Assembly (NCBI GenBank): GCA_036833535.1
Contig: DAITPO010000002.1
Coordinates: 36,687-100,686 of the forward strand
Source: Candidatus Acidiferrales bacterium
Lineage (GTDB): Bacteria; Acidobacteriota; Terriglobia; Acidiferrales; UBA7541
Length of the DNA: 64,000 nt
Direction: 5' to 3'
Positions 17,152 through 27,012 of this stretch are shown piece by piece (position 1 is the first letter of the stretch; every line of letters starts with the position of its first letter). Both the position numbers and the translations under genes were made by a program. Below the pieces are notes generated by a model. The model did no database searches. It was not told where the DNA came from and worked only from the letters and a program-made list of their open reading frames with translations.

Positions 17152-18920
17152 AAATCGCGCGCGCCGTCGGGATCGTTCTGCTGTTTGCGCTCGGGCTGGT
17201 GCCCAGCACAACTAGCGCGCAAGATGTGCGCGTCGGTCTCTTCACCCTGCATCCGCCGGCAGCGGCCACGATTCGAGCTGTCAGCGGCGAATTGCACTGG
17301 CGCAGTTGCCCTGCGTGCAAGGAAAAATCCGGTGCAAGTGTTTCCGTGCGAGCGTCGGGCGAGCGATTGATGATTGTCGGAGCCGACGGCGCCCGTGAAC
17401 TGCGTGTCACCGGGAATTACCGCATCGAAGCGGGCGAACTTCCAGCAATCGATCTGCATTTTCCTTTGCGCGTTGAGGTGCGCGAAGACCATCTGAGCTT
17501 CTCGGTCACCGTGCCGCAGGAAGAATACGTCGCAGAAGTGTTGGCAGCCGAGGCGAGCGATTCGTGGAAGGATGAAGCGCTGAAGGCCATGGCCGTCGCG
17601 GTGCGCACTTATGCTGACCGATTCCGCGGGGCGCATGAAAAAGATGGATTCGATTTCTGCGATACGACGCATTGCCAGGTGGTGCGCTGGAATTCGAGGA
17701 ATCCGCGAGCGCGCGCGGCGGTGGAGGCGACGTCCGGCGAGATTCTGGAATTCGATGGCGCACCGGCGCGTACCTATTACCACCAAAATTGCGGTGGGAT
17801 GGTGGCAGCGTCGAACGAAATTTGGCCGGACATTTTTGCGACGTATCTGCGCGGTCACTCCGATCCCTATTGTGTCGTATCCGGCGATTTGAAGTGGGAA
17901 AGCGTGATCGCGCTGGCGGATGTGGATGCGGCGTTGCGCGCGGCGGCGCTTGCGCCGCCGAAAGGCTGGACGGAGATCGAGATTGCGGGGCGCTCGGCGA
18001 GCGGCCGGGCGCAGAAACTGCGGCTCGCGGGCGGCGCGGCGGATGATTTTCTGATTTCCGCGTCGACATTCCGCTATGCGGTTTCGCGATCGCTTGGATG
18101 GAACAAAATTCGCAGCGATCTCTTCGAAGTGCGCACCGAAGGCGATCGCGCGGTCTTTTTTGGACGCGGCGCAGGGCATGGAGTAGGAATGTGCCAGACC
18201 GGCGCGGAAGAAATGGCCGTCGAGGGCAAGGATTATCGCGAGATTTTGGATTTCTACTATCCGGGGACGCAGCTGGCGAAGCAGGGCGCCGCGGCGCAGT
18301 GGCAGAAACGCTCGAGCGAACATTTTGAGCTGGAAACTACAGCGCCGGAGCAGGACGAGTCTGTCTTGCCAGTAGCCGAGAAGCTTTTGGCCGAAGAAGA
18401 GAAAAACGTCGGCTCGGATGTTCCCTTTCGCGTGCAGTTGAAAATCTTTGCGACAATGGACGCGTATCGGGATCAGACGGGACAGCCGGGATGGGTAGCA
18501 GCGAGCACGCGCGGACACGTCATCCGTCTGCAGCCGCTGGCGACGCTGAAAAGCAAAGGCGTTCTCGAATCCACGCTGCGGCATGAACTGCTGCATCTGC
18601 TGGTGGAAGAGAAAGCGCGGGCGGGGACGCCGGTCTGGTTCCGCGAAGGGCTGGTGCTCTATCTATCGAGCCCCTCGATGAGTGGAGCACCGCATGACGC
18701 CGCGGATATCTCGATGACGATCGAGCAAATGGAAACGATATTGGAAAAGTCGCAGAAGCGCGACGAAGTCGAGAAAGCCTACACAGCGGCGCGAGCTCGT
18801 ATTGCTTCTCTCGTGCGAGAGCATGGCAAGGAAACGGTTCTTGGGTGGCTAAGCCGCGGGATTCCCCGCAGCATCACTGGCGGTGACGGCGACCGGGCGG
18901 CTCAAGCGTCCCACGATTGA
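17148..18920 (+). CDS. SpoIID/LytB-domain protein fused to a C-terminal HExxH (peptidase-MA-like) domain
   Basis: SpoIID-like blocks AMAVAVRTYA, DTTHCQVV, TYYHQNCGGMVAAS and GHGVGMCQTGAEEMA. The C-terminus carries RHELLHLLVEE...PVWFREGLVLYL. The TTG start overlaps the upstream TGA (TTGA). Confidence 0.8.
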   Translation: MKIARAVGIVLLFALGLVPSTTSAQDVRVGLFTLHPPAAATIRAVSGELHWRSCPACKEKSGASVSVRASGERLMIVGADGARELRVTGNYRIEAGELPAIDLHFPLRVEVREDHLSFSVTVPQEEYVAEVLAAEASDSWKDEALKAMAVAVRTYADRFRGAHEKDGFDFCDTTHCQVVRWNSRNPRARAAVEATSGEILEFDGAPARTYYHQNCGGMVAASNEIWPDIFATYLRGHSDPYCVVSGDLKWESVIALADVDAALRAAALAPPKGWTEIEIAGRSASGRAQKLRLAGGAADDFLISASTFRYAVSRSLGWNKIRSDLFEVRTEGDRAVFFGRGAGHGVGMCQTGAEEMAVEGKDYREILDFYYPGTQLAKQGAAAQWQKRSSEHFELETTAPEQDESVLPVAEKLLAEEEKNVGSDVPFRVQLKIFATMDAYRDQTGQPGWVAASTRGHVIRLQPLATLKSKGVLESTLRHELLHLLVEEKARAGTPVWFREGLVLYLSSPSMSGAPHDAADISMTIEQMETILEKSQKRDEVEKAYTAARARIASLVREHGKETVLGWLSRGIPRSITGGDGDRAAQASHD

Positions 18921-19676
18921 GCAGACCAGCAGCCACGACGCGACGGCGAGAATGTAAGACGCCGAGAGACGCGCGGCCAAGCTGATGGCTTCGAGATGTA
19001 GCGTGGGATTCTTGAACTCGGGCGACCATTCCATGAGCGACGCCGGCGCGATGAATCCTGCCGCCGCGGCGAGAAGCAGCACCAGCCAGTAGGTGACGCG
19101 CTTCGCAGAATTTTTTACCGCCGCGCCGCCCGGCTTGCCGAATGCACGAAAACCGGAGTTCGCAGCTTCGACGAGCAGCGGTAGCACCAATCCCGGAATC
19201 AGCACCCAGCGGATCGCGAACACAATTCCTTCCAGCGCGATTTGAAACCACGATGGCTCGAGATGCCGGCGAATGAATTCCGGCAGCAGCGAGCGAACGT
19301 AAAACGGCAGCGTGAGCTGCAGTGGCTCGGTGGAATCGAGCAGCGCCCAGAGCACAACAATCAGCCCGGCGCACGCTGCAACCGCGAAAATATTTCGCAC
19401 CGTGCGGCGAAACGCCTCGCGCACTCGAGCTTGCGCGCCGCGATTCTGCTCAGAATAGAAATTGAGCGTGCCGGCGTGGAGAACCAGCGCGGCCGCGGCG
19501 AAGACGACGATCACCAGGCCGTTCAGCAGCAGATGGAATTCGGTCGCCACGGGCAGCAGCAGCCAGCCGACGAACAGCGCAAAGAGCAGCGGATTGGCTA
19601 TGAATTGAATGAGCCACACGCGCTTGCTGTGAAGCAGGCTGGAACCGGCATCGTGAAGAATTTCGAAGCGCGACAT
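18849..19676 (-). CDS. Polytopic membrane protein, unknown function
   Basis: 275 aa with about 6 hydrophobic spans. Its ATG overlaps the TAA of the alpha-2-macroglobulin gene (TAATG), implying co-transcription. The 3-prime end overlaps the convergent SpoIID-like gene by 72 nt. Confidence 0.6.
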   Translation of the reverse strand: MSRFEILHDAGSSLLHSKRVWLIQFIANPLLFALFVGWLLLPVATEFHLLLNGLVIVVFAAAALVLHAGTLNFYSEQNRGAQARVREAFRRTVRNIFAVAACAGLIVVLWALLDSTEPLQLTLPFYVRSLLPEFIRRHLEPSWFQIALEGIVFAIRWVLIPGLVLPLLVEAANSGFRAFGKPGGAAVKNSAKRVTYWLVLLLAAAAGFIAPASLMEWSPEFKNPTLHLEAISLAARLSASYILAVASWLLVCSIVGRLSRPVAVTASDAAGNPAA

Positions 19677-22600
19677 TATTTCACCTCGATGATTGCCGCG
19701 TCGGTGGTCGCCTGGATCGACGGCTGGTACATGGGCTGGACCATCGCGGGGCTCACATTGAATTTTCCGGGATTCACAATTTTCAAGAGATATACGTACT
19801 CATGATGACGGCCGTAGAAATCGGTCTGGAAGAACGCCGCGCGGTCGTCGTGAAGTTCGCGGCTGACGTACCAGCGCTCCCACCAGGCGGGCTTGCTGGC
19901 GAATTCATAGAGATCGTCGCGCGAAATGGATTCCGCGCCCGCGGGAATCGGATCTTCGATCAGCAAATAGTGCCAATCGCCGCCTGCCACCGTGACGCGA
20001 ACGGCGACGACATCGCCAACGTGCAGTTCGCCCACGAGCGGATCGAGGCGATACACGATGCGATCCTTCAGTTGTTCGGGCGAGAGGCGATAGTAATCGC
20101 GCGTGATATTGAGCGAGAGCCTGTTCTGCTGGATCACGCGCTTCTCGTTCGAGTAGTAGCGGCCGCTGGCGGACCAATAGAGGCGGCCGGTGCCGGATTT
20201 GTGGATGTGAATCGTGTTGGCGCCGGGGTGCAATTGCGCCGCGTCGAGATGAATGTTCGGCTGCGTGACGCTGAAAGAATCGGCGGACGTGAATTGATGC
20301 GCGAGAGCGAACTTGCCGTTGATGGTGAGCTCGGCTTTGAAATTAGCGTCGAGTTCGTGGCTGGCTTTGACGTAGTCGGTGAGACCGAAAATCACCATCG
20401 CGGTTTCCTTCGTGCTCACCCAGAAATATCCGCCATCGCGGTGATTGACCAGCCAGAACACCGCTTTCGGTAGCAGCGCGCTATCGGGCTTAACGCGGCT
20501 CAGCAATTGAACTGCGTACGCCGTGGTTTCCGCGTTGTCGTCGAATTCGAAGCCCATCAAATAGTCGTAGCGCGAAGGCCAGTAAGCTTCGAGTTCGCTT
20601 TCGGTGACTTGCGACGCGACTTTGTCGGCGATTTCTTTGGCGCGACGAGTTTCGCCATTGATTTGCAGCGCGAGGCCGAGCATCGCGAGGCCTTGCGTGT
20701 TCATCGCATCGCGCTTTTCCCAAGTGGCTTGCGTCAGCTTGCCCTTGAAGACATTGTTGAGCGCGAGCGCGTAGATCACATAGGCCTGCAAATTCGGCTC
20801 CATGTTCGGCGAGCGATCGAGCGAGGTGAGCAGATATTGCTCGGCGTGGGCGAGCACGTCGGGATCGACGTCGTATCCCGCGGCGTGCGCCTGTCCGAAC
20901 CCGCTTACGACATACGCGGTCATGAACACGCGGGAATCGTCATCTTTCCACCAGCCCCAGCCGCCATCTTCGTGCTGGAAGCCCTTGAGGCGCTCGATGC
21001 CCGCGGCAATTTTCTTTTCGAGTTCGGGCGTGTCCACCGTGGATTGGAGGTGGAGATCCTTCATGGCTTTTGCGACGACGACGTCGGGAAGGAAGCTGGA
21101 CATGGTTTGCTCAATGCAGCCGTAGGGATAACTGGTGAGATAGTCGAGCGCATTGAAGAGACTGCCGGCGACCGACGAGCTCAGCGTGACATCGAGAGAG
21201 GGCGCGGATTGATCGGGATTGCCGGCAAGAGTGATGGCGACATCGTTCGTGGCGTCAGCGGCGAGAATGCTGCCGGATTTTGCGTCGTTGAGTTTCACGC
21301 CGAAAGGAATCACTGGAAGCGTGAGTTCGAGCGCGTCGGATTCTTCGTTGGTCAGCGCTTTCGCTAGCAGATCGGCTTCGGAAACGGATTGCGCGCGCAC
21401 GCGCCAGTCGAGTTTGGCTTCGCCGCGGCTGGGAACTTCGATTTCGCGCGTCTGGCCATCGAGAATATCGAGGCCTTTAAGGGCGAGCGAGACGTGGACG
21501 GTCTTCGAGGTGGCGAGATAATTGTGAACGATCGTCGAGACGACTACTTCATCGCCCTGGCGGAAGAAGCGCGGCACAGCCAGGCGGACCATCAGATTTT
21601 TGCGCACGATCACGCGATCGACGGCGCTGCCGACTTTGGTGTCCGCGGTGACGCCGCGAACCGTGGCGCGCCACGTGGTAAGCGAATCGGGGAAATTCAG
21701 GTCGGCGTGGGCGCGGCCGTTGGCGTCGGTGCGCACGTCGGCGAGCCACAGAGCTGTATCGGGAAAATCTTTGCGGACTTTCGGCTCGACGAGGGCTTCG
21801 GACGGCTTGAGTTGCGCGAGAGCGGTGCGATTTTTGGATTGGTAGGCCAGGAACATCTGCTTCTTGCCGGCCTCGCCGTTGAAATAATAGCTGAGCGAAG
21901 CTTCGGTGGAGACGCGGTCGTAGACGTTGGCGTAGAAGAAATCGTGGATGTCGCCCGAAGCTTCGGGAGCGATGGCGTAAATCGCTTCATCCACTATGCC
22001 CAGCGAGAATTCGCCTGCGACAGGCTTGTTGTTGGCGTCGCGGGCGATGATCGTGTAGCCCGCTTTCTGGCCCGGCTGGAATTGATCTTTGGTGCGCTCG
22101 ATTTCGATGTGCAGCCTGGTTTGACTTGCAGGCACTTTCAGATTGCGCGCGGATTCGTAGAGCTTGTTGTCGTTTAGAAATGCGGCGGCAACGAAGACGT
22201 TGGGTTGATCGTTACTGAGCAGCGGGATATCCACGGTGATCGTCTGCGATTTCGCGTGGACGACTTTCTTCCAGTGAATGCTGCGGCCTTCGGTGGTGAC
22301 CAGAACATGCGCGTCGGCGACGCCGGTCATGATCAGGACGTGCGCGGTGTCGCCCACTTTGTAGGATTTTTTGTCGGCGATCAGGCGAATCTGGCGGCGG
22401 CCTTCGCCCCACCAGCCTTCGTCGAAATCGTTGCCGGGAATCCAAAGCCACGCGCTTCGATTGACTTCGCGATTTTCGGGAGTGTTGGCCGTGGCTCTGA
22501 GGGTGAAGCTGCCTGATTCAGAGGTGATGAAGGTGAGGCGCGCGGTTCCGTCTTCGGCGGTCTGGCCGTCTTGCGACGCGACCACGATTTCGTTCATTTT

Positions 22601-24376
22601 TGAATAATTCCATTGGTTGCGGACTAGATCGACGTGCACCGGCGTGCGCACGGGATGGCCGTCGTAATCGCGCGCGACGACGATGGCGGCAATTTTGTCG
22701 CCGGGCTTGTAAATGTAGCTTTCTGTCGAGACGCCCAGTGCGAACGTACCGTACGTGGCGACCACGAAATTGACGCCGGAGATTTCGCGATTGGCGTCGT
22801 CGGTGACGCGCGCTTCGATGCGATAGCGCAAGTCGCTGTGATGTTCGTCGGGCTTCGTGGGGATATGAACCGCGAGCTTGCCGTCGGCGTCGAGCTTGCC
22901 GGATTGTTCGGAGGTTTGCTGGCGATCGTAATCGTAGTCATAGTCGCCTTGGGAATCGGAGTCGCCGCCGCCTTCTTCTTCCTCGCCGGAATTTCCTTCA
23001 TCGTCGCGATCGATGTAAGGAGTCCAGAAAGAAGACGTGTGAACCACGTATTTGACACTCGCGCCAGCGACCGGCTCGCCGAAGTAATACTTGGCCTCGA
23101 TGGTGGCGGTGATTTCATCGCCTTGCAGCACGCGCGGCAGCGACGGCGTCACTTTCACTTCGTACTCGGGCTTCTTGTATTCCTCGACATGGAAGCCGCC
23201 ATTGGCGGAGCGGGCGTTGGCGTCGCTTGTCGTTACAAAGATCGAGTAGTAGCCGAGTGCGGCGTTCGTGGCCAAAGTGAGATCGCCATGAATCGTGCCG
23301 AATTGCGAAAGCGGGAGCTTGGTTTGCAGCACGCTCTTGCCGGTCGGATCCTGTATCTCGACTTGCACCTGTTTGCCGGACGGAAGTTGATACGCGTCGC
23401 CATTGTGAGCGCGCAGAATCACTTTGAAATGAACGGTGTGGCCGGGGCGATAGATGGGCCGGTCGGTATAGATGTAGCCGGTGATGTCTTCGCCTGGATT
23501 GCTGCTCAAATTCCACGCGTAGGGCGTGAGGATGGCGACGTCTTCGCCATGGACGGCGACGATGCGAATGTCCTGATAGCGGCCTTGTGGGAGCGCGGAT
23601 TCAGCCAGGCCATTCGCGTCGGTGCGAAGTTTCGATTGTTCCTTGGCGTCCGACCAGATGCGCACATCGGCGCCGGAAACTGGCGCGCCGGTGCGGCGAT
23701 CGGCCGCAAATGCTAGAACTTGCCCCGGCGCCATTTTGGTGATGATCCCGAGTTCGCTGACGATGACGATGGTGTAAGCGCGCAGTTCGCCGTTCGTGGC
23801 TTCCACCAGGTACACGCCTTTGCCCAAGGAATTGATGGGGATGCTTTCGCGCTCGTAATAAAAATGCGAAGGAACTTCCTGGTGCCAGCGAAGGACGAGC
23901 TGCGAGCTATTGAGCAGCGGGACCTGCGCGAAAATGTCGGCCGTTGGAGGAATCGCGCCGGGCTTGCCGCCTGCAGATTGCGGATTCGCTTTACGCTCCT
24001 GCGCTTCGCGGATTTTTTCGCGCGATTCATCGGAGAATTGCTCGCGGAAGAAATTGCGGATGCTGGTCCAGATTTTGTGCTTCCAATCGTGGAAACGCTC
24101 GATGGGCGTCGCGGCTTCGACATGTTCTTTCGGCGTCGAGGTCCCGAAATTGTGCGGGTCGGCCAGGCGTTCGAAGAAGACGGCGGGATCGTTGACCTTG
24201 TAAACGCGGAACTCCAGCGCATTGACTCCACTGGATGACAGGCGAACGCTCACTTTGTCGCCGGGGAGGAATGTTTCGTTCGTCGAGAGAGAGAAATAGG
24301 CTTCAGAGCGGCGTCCTGCTGTGGGGACGGCGCAGAGCAATGGGAGCATGAGAAGAAATGAAAAGCGGCGGAGCAC
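19676..24376 (-). CDS. Bacterial alpha-2-macroglobulin family protein with thioester motif
   Basis: 1566 aa with a signal-like N-terminus. The thioester site is YPYGCIEQTMSSF. Length and repetitive MG-domain-like beta modules fit the family. GTG start. Confidence 0.9.
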   Translation of the reverse strand: MLRRFSFLLMLPLLCAVPTAGRRSEAYFSLSTNETFLPGDKVSVRLSSSGVNALEFRVYKVNDPAVFFERLADPHNFGTSTPKEHVEAATPIERFHDWKHKIWTSIRNFFREQFSDESREKIREAQERKANPQSAGGKPGAIPPTADIFAQVPLLNSSQLVLRWHQEVPSHFYYERESIPINSLGKGVYLVEATNGELRAYTIVIVSELGIITKMAPGQVLAFAADRRTGAPVSGADVRIWSDAKEQSKLRTDANGLAESALPQGRYQDIRIVAVHGEDVAILTPYAWNLSSNPGEDITGYIYTDRPIYRPGHTVHFKVILRAHNGDAYQLPSGKQVQVEIQDPTGKSVLQTKLPLSQFGTIHGDLTLATNAALGYYSIFVTTSDANARSANGGFHVEEYKKPEYEVKVTPSLPRVLQGDEITATIEAKYYFGEPVAGASVKYVVHTSSFWTPYIDRDDEGNSGEEEEGGGDSDSQGDYDYDYDRQQTSEQSGKLDADGKLAVHIPTKPDEHHSDLRYRIEARVTDDANREISGVNFVVATYGTFALGVSTESYIYKPGDKIAAIVVARDYDGHPVRTPVHVDLVRNQWNYSKMNEIVVASQDGQTAEDGTARLTFITSESGSFTLRATANTPENREVNRSAWLWIPGNDFDEGWWGEGRRQIRLIADKKSYKVGDTAHVLIMTGVADAHVLVTTEGRSIHWKKVVHAKSQTITVDIPLLSNDQPNVFVAAAFLNDNKLYESARNLKVPASQTRLHIEIERTKDQFQPGQKAGYTIIARDANNKPVAGEFSLGIVDEAIYAIAPEASGDIHDFFYANVYDRVSTEASLSYYFNGEAGKKQMFLAYQSKNRTALAQLKPSEALVEPKVRKDFPDTALWLADVRTDANGRAHADLNFPDSLTTWRATVRGVTADTKVGSAVDRVIVRKNLMVRLAVPRFFRQGDEVVVSTIVHNYLATSKTVHVSLALKGLDILDGQTREIEVPSRGEAKLDWRVRAQSVSEADLLAKALTNEESDALELTLPVIPFGVKLNDAKSGSILAADATNDVAITLAGNPDQSAPSLDVTLSSSVAGSLFNALDYLTSYPYGCIEQTMSSFLPDVVVAKAMKDLHLQSTVDTPELEKKIAAGIERLKGFQHEDGGWGWWKDDDSRVFMTAYVVSGFGQAHAAGYDVDPDVLAHAEQYLLTSLDRSPNMEPNLQAYVIYALALNNVFKGKLTQATWEKRDAMNTQGLAMLGLALQINGETRRAKEIADKVASQVTESELEAYWPSRYDYLMGFEFDDNAETTAYAVQLLSRVKPDSALLPKAVFWLVNHRDGGYFWVSTKETAMVIFGLTDYVKASHELDANFKAELTINGKFALAHQFTSADSFSVTQPNIHLDAAQLHPGANTIHIHKSGTGRLYWSASGRYYSNEKRVIQQNRLSLNITRDYYRLSPEQLKDRIVYRLDPLVGELHVGDVVAVRVTVAGGDWHYLLIEDPIPAGAESISRDDLYEFASKPAWWERWYVSRELHDDRAAFFQTDFYGRHHEYVYLLKIVNPGKFNVSPAMVQPMYQPSIQATTDAAIIEVK

Positions 24377-24377
24377 G

Positions 24378-25337
24378 TTAGTTGCCCTCCCTCAAAACGT
24401 TCCAGCGATAAACGCCGAGAAAATTGGAATTGCCCGCGACGGGCCGCCAGCGCGGCGATGGGTGATCGAGCAGTTCGGCGAGGGTGACGCGGCGCATTTC
24501 GCCCGGCGCTTTGCCGATCGGGCCGGTGTGATAGACGACGACCGCTCCGCGCCAATCGGAAATTGGCTCCGGGAGCCAGGAGCTTTCACCGACGTAGATC
24601 ATCGAGTGGTAAGGCTCGTCGGTCTCGAGTTGGCGATAGAAGAGGAGATCGCCGGCACGGGCGTCCCGGACGTCGCGAGAAACGAAGTGCGTGTTCAGGG
24701 ATTTCAGCGTCTTGGCGTCGGCGAATTCGGCGAAGGCGCCGTTGCTGGCGTCGGATTCTGAGGCTGGGCCTGCTGCAACGCGGAAGAGGGCTGCTCCTAG
24801 CGGCGTGAATGGGTAGCGGTATTGGGCGATCGCGCCGGGGTCGGTGAGCGGCGTGATGCCGGTTTCGCGCGTCCAGGCGGAATCGTGGGTGCGGAGCGCG
24901 TTGCGATAGGAATAGCGGAGAAGCGCGGCGCAGTCGTTGATTTCGGCTGGCACTTCGGCGGGTTGGCGGAAAGCTTGATATTCCGCGATCAGCGCGAACC
25001 AGCGGCGGAAGGATTCGCGGTCGGCGGCTGCGTCGAGGCGGAGGAAATCGGGGGTCCCGTCGGCGTAGCGGTCGGACCAGAGTGCTGGCTGGCTTCGCGG
25101 TTTCGTACGGGAGCTTGTAGTGTTCGCGTTAGCTGCTGCCGCGAGGGTGCCCTCGTTTCCGGAGACGCGGGCGGTTAGTCGCGCTGGAGAGGATAGGTAG
25201 AGAAAGCCGCTCGCGGCGCCGATGACCAATGCATTTGCAGCTAGCGATAGGAGGACCGTTGGCCCGTGGCGCAGGAGCGCTTTCATTGGCGGTAGCGCTG
25301 GTTGATGGCTGGGTAGAGCTTCGATTCGCGTGTGCAT
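24378..25337 (-). CDS. DUF1175-like (YfaT-like) protein
   Basis: ORF 24378..25445. I place the start at the Met preceded by GAGGA. It has an N-terminal TM anchor and the blocks [18 protein letters not shown] and [23 protein letters not shown]. The family assignment is from memory of A2M-linked DUF1175 genes. Its stop is 1 nt from the A2M start. Confidence 0.5.
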   Translation of the reverse strand: MHTRIEALPSHQPALPPMKALLRHGPTVLLSLAANALVIGAASGFLYLSSPARLTARVSGNEGTLAAAANANTTSSRTKPRSQPALWSDRYADGTPDFLRLDAAADRESFRRWFALIAEYQAFRQPAEVPAEINDCAALLRYSYRNALRTHDSAWTRETGITPLTDPGAIAQYRYPFTPLGAALFRVAAGPASESDASNGAFAEFADAKTLKSLNTHFVSRDVRDARAGDLLFYRQLETDEPYHSMIYVGESSWLPEPISDWRGAVVVYHTGPIGKAPGEMRRVTLAELLDHPSPRWRPVAGNSNFLGVYRWNVLREGN

Positions 25338-25570
25338 GGGCGCCGTCCTCTGGGTTCGGCGATGGCAACGTGGAGAGAGTGAGCAAGAGGGGTGCCAGCG
25401 GAAGTCGCAGCTATATGGGCATTTTGGAGAGGTCGTGCGAGTCAATGCGTGTCAGAGATGCGACGGCGTATGTGGTGGGACACGGAGTTTGTGAGCGTGG
25501 GGGGCTGGAACGCGAGAGGGTATTGAGACCCGGAGTCCGCGCGTGCGTGTTGCTCGTAGCGGTTGATAGA

Positions 25571-25622
25571 TCGTCGGATGCCGGCCCCTCGCAGATCGGG
25601 GTAAACAGGGGCGGCAGCGCTA
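25571..25622 (-). repeat. Degenerate/expanded copy of the R1 REP element
   Basis: The minus strand reads cTAGCGCTGCCGCCCC...GGGGCCGGCATCCGACGA. The head and tail match R1 but the core differs. The TAG is the stop codon of gene 25620..26966. Confidence 0.5.
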
Positions 25623-26966
25623 CTGGGGTCGGATGAAGAAACGCTGTTTGTCTATGTTGGCCGGGACTGCTACGTCGAAGAAACCCACCATCATTTCATC
25701 CGTGGTTTGATCGCCCCAGATGACCGAGCGGGATGCATCCGGGTTGTGCGGGTTCTTGGTGGAATTGTCGTACCAGGCTACGGCCTGGAGCGTCGTTCCG
25801 GCTTTCAGCGGGAGCGGGTCGGCCAGGCGATAGCTCATTTGCCAGTGGAAGTGATAATTGACGCGGAGGAGCGGTTCGAGGCTGCCGTTTTTGCGGACGA
25901 TGTTGTACTCGAAGCGCTTGCCGCGCAGGTGCATGTGCGGGAAGAAGCTGAGCAGCGTGCAATCATTCGGCAGCGTGCCGTGGACTTCAACGCGGAAATC
26001 ATCCACGCCGGGTGGAATGACGAATTTGTCGTTGGTGAGCTGAAGCGTCAGAACACGTTGCGGCGGGGGCGTCTTGGCAAAGATGAGCCCGGCGCTGGTT
26101 TGATCTTCGGCGGCACGGCCGTTCGTGGTGTAGTGGATTTGAAAGACGAGGTCGGAACCCGCGGGGATGAACTTGGCCATGTTGGGGGGCCAATCATCCG
26201 GCGAGCTTCCCGGCGCGTAAACGAGTAGGACGTCGCTGTCGGTCCAGCGCGCATCGCGGCGCAGCTTTTCATCGGCGAACATGGGGGCGGTGAAAGGCGT
26301 GCCCACCGGCGCGCCGCGCAGCCATTTCGAATCGGGCGGGCGAACGTACACGACCGCGTGATGGAGGTGCTCGGGGCTTGAGGGATGTACCTCGACCTTC
26401 TGCACCCATTTGTCCTCGGTGAAACCAGTGGGAACGATTTCGTAGGTGTATTCGACTGTGCCTTGCGCGGGGATATGTACCGCGACCGGCATCTGCACGA
26501 TTTTGTCCGGCTGAGGAATGTTCCAACCGGCATTCCAGTGGCGCGGAGGAGGAGCGTCCGCCAGATTGCCGGCTGGCGCGCCTGACTCAAACCAAGCGAC
26601 TAGCGCAGTGATTTCGTCGTCCGAGAGCGAGGGATCGTTCAAGAAGCGGCCGATCTTTGCATCGGCGAACCATGGCGGCATGGTGCGGCTTGCGGCGGCA
26701 TCGGCAATCGCGGCGGCTTTGCGCTCGGCTTGCTCAAAGGTTTCGAGTGGAAGCGCGGGGATTCCGCCGCTGCGGTGGCAGCTTTGGCAGTGAGATTGGA
26801 GGATCGGAAGGACGTCGCGGTAGAAAGTCGGATGCGCCTTGGTTGAATCTTGTGACTGCGGAGCGGCGACTGCAATTCGAGATGGTCCGGCGATTTTCGT
26901 TGCGAAGAAGAACGAGGCAAGGGCGATGGCGGCGAACTGCAACTCTCTCGATGTCCCGCTCGTCAT
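25620..26966 (-). CDS. Cytochrome-c-domain fusion to a PHM/DBH-like type II copper monooxygenase
   Basis: N-terminal signal or anchor. Haem motif in FYRDVLPILQSHCQSCH (PSCyt-like context). Cu-ligand pattern is LHHAVVY ... FQIHYT ... PHMHLRG ... TTDEMMVGF, with PHM-like spacing (about 65-85 aa between blocks). Confidence 0.7.
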   Translation of the reverse strand: MTSGTSRELQFAAIALASFFFATKIAGPSRIAVAAPQSQDSTKAHPTFYRDVLPILQSHCQSCHRSGGIPALPLETFEQAERKAAAIADAAASRTMPPWFADAKIGRFLNDPSLSDDEITALVAWFESGAPAGNLADAPPPRHWNAGWNIPQPDKIVQMPVAVHIPAQGTVEYTYEIVPTGFTEDKWVQKVEVHPSSPEHLHHAVVYVRPPDSKWLRGAPVGTPFTAPMFADEKLRRDARWTDSDVLLVYAPGSSPDDWPPNMAKFIPAGSDLVFQIHYTTNGRAAEDQTSAGLIFAKTPPPQRVLTLQLTNDKFVIPPGVDDFRVEVHGTLPNDCTLLSFFPHMHLRGKRFEYNIVRKNGSLEPLLRVNYHFHWQMSYRLADPLPLKAGTTLQAVAWYDNSTKNPHNPDASRSVIWGDQTTDEMMVGFFDVAVPANIDKQRFFIRPQ

Positions 26967-27012
26967 ATCGATTTGATTCTACGGCAATCGGCGCAATTCG
27001 CCGACGCAGGAT

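Noticed and set aside
17064-18596. 510-aa minus-strand ORF
   Set aside because: It is antisense to the SpoIID-like gene, is Arg/Ala/Phe-rich, and has no recognisable motifs.
22915-23015. Acidic low-complexity insert in the A2M (DEGNSGEEEEGGGDSDSQGDYDYDYD) as the bait region
   Set aside because: It lies at about residues 455-490 of 1566, far N-terminal of where bait regions sit relative to the thioester domain. It is more likely a loop or Ca-binding insert. Nothing can be concluded from sequence alone.
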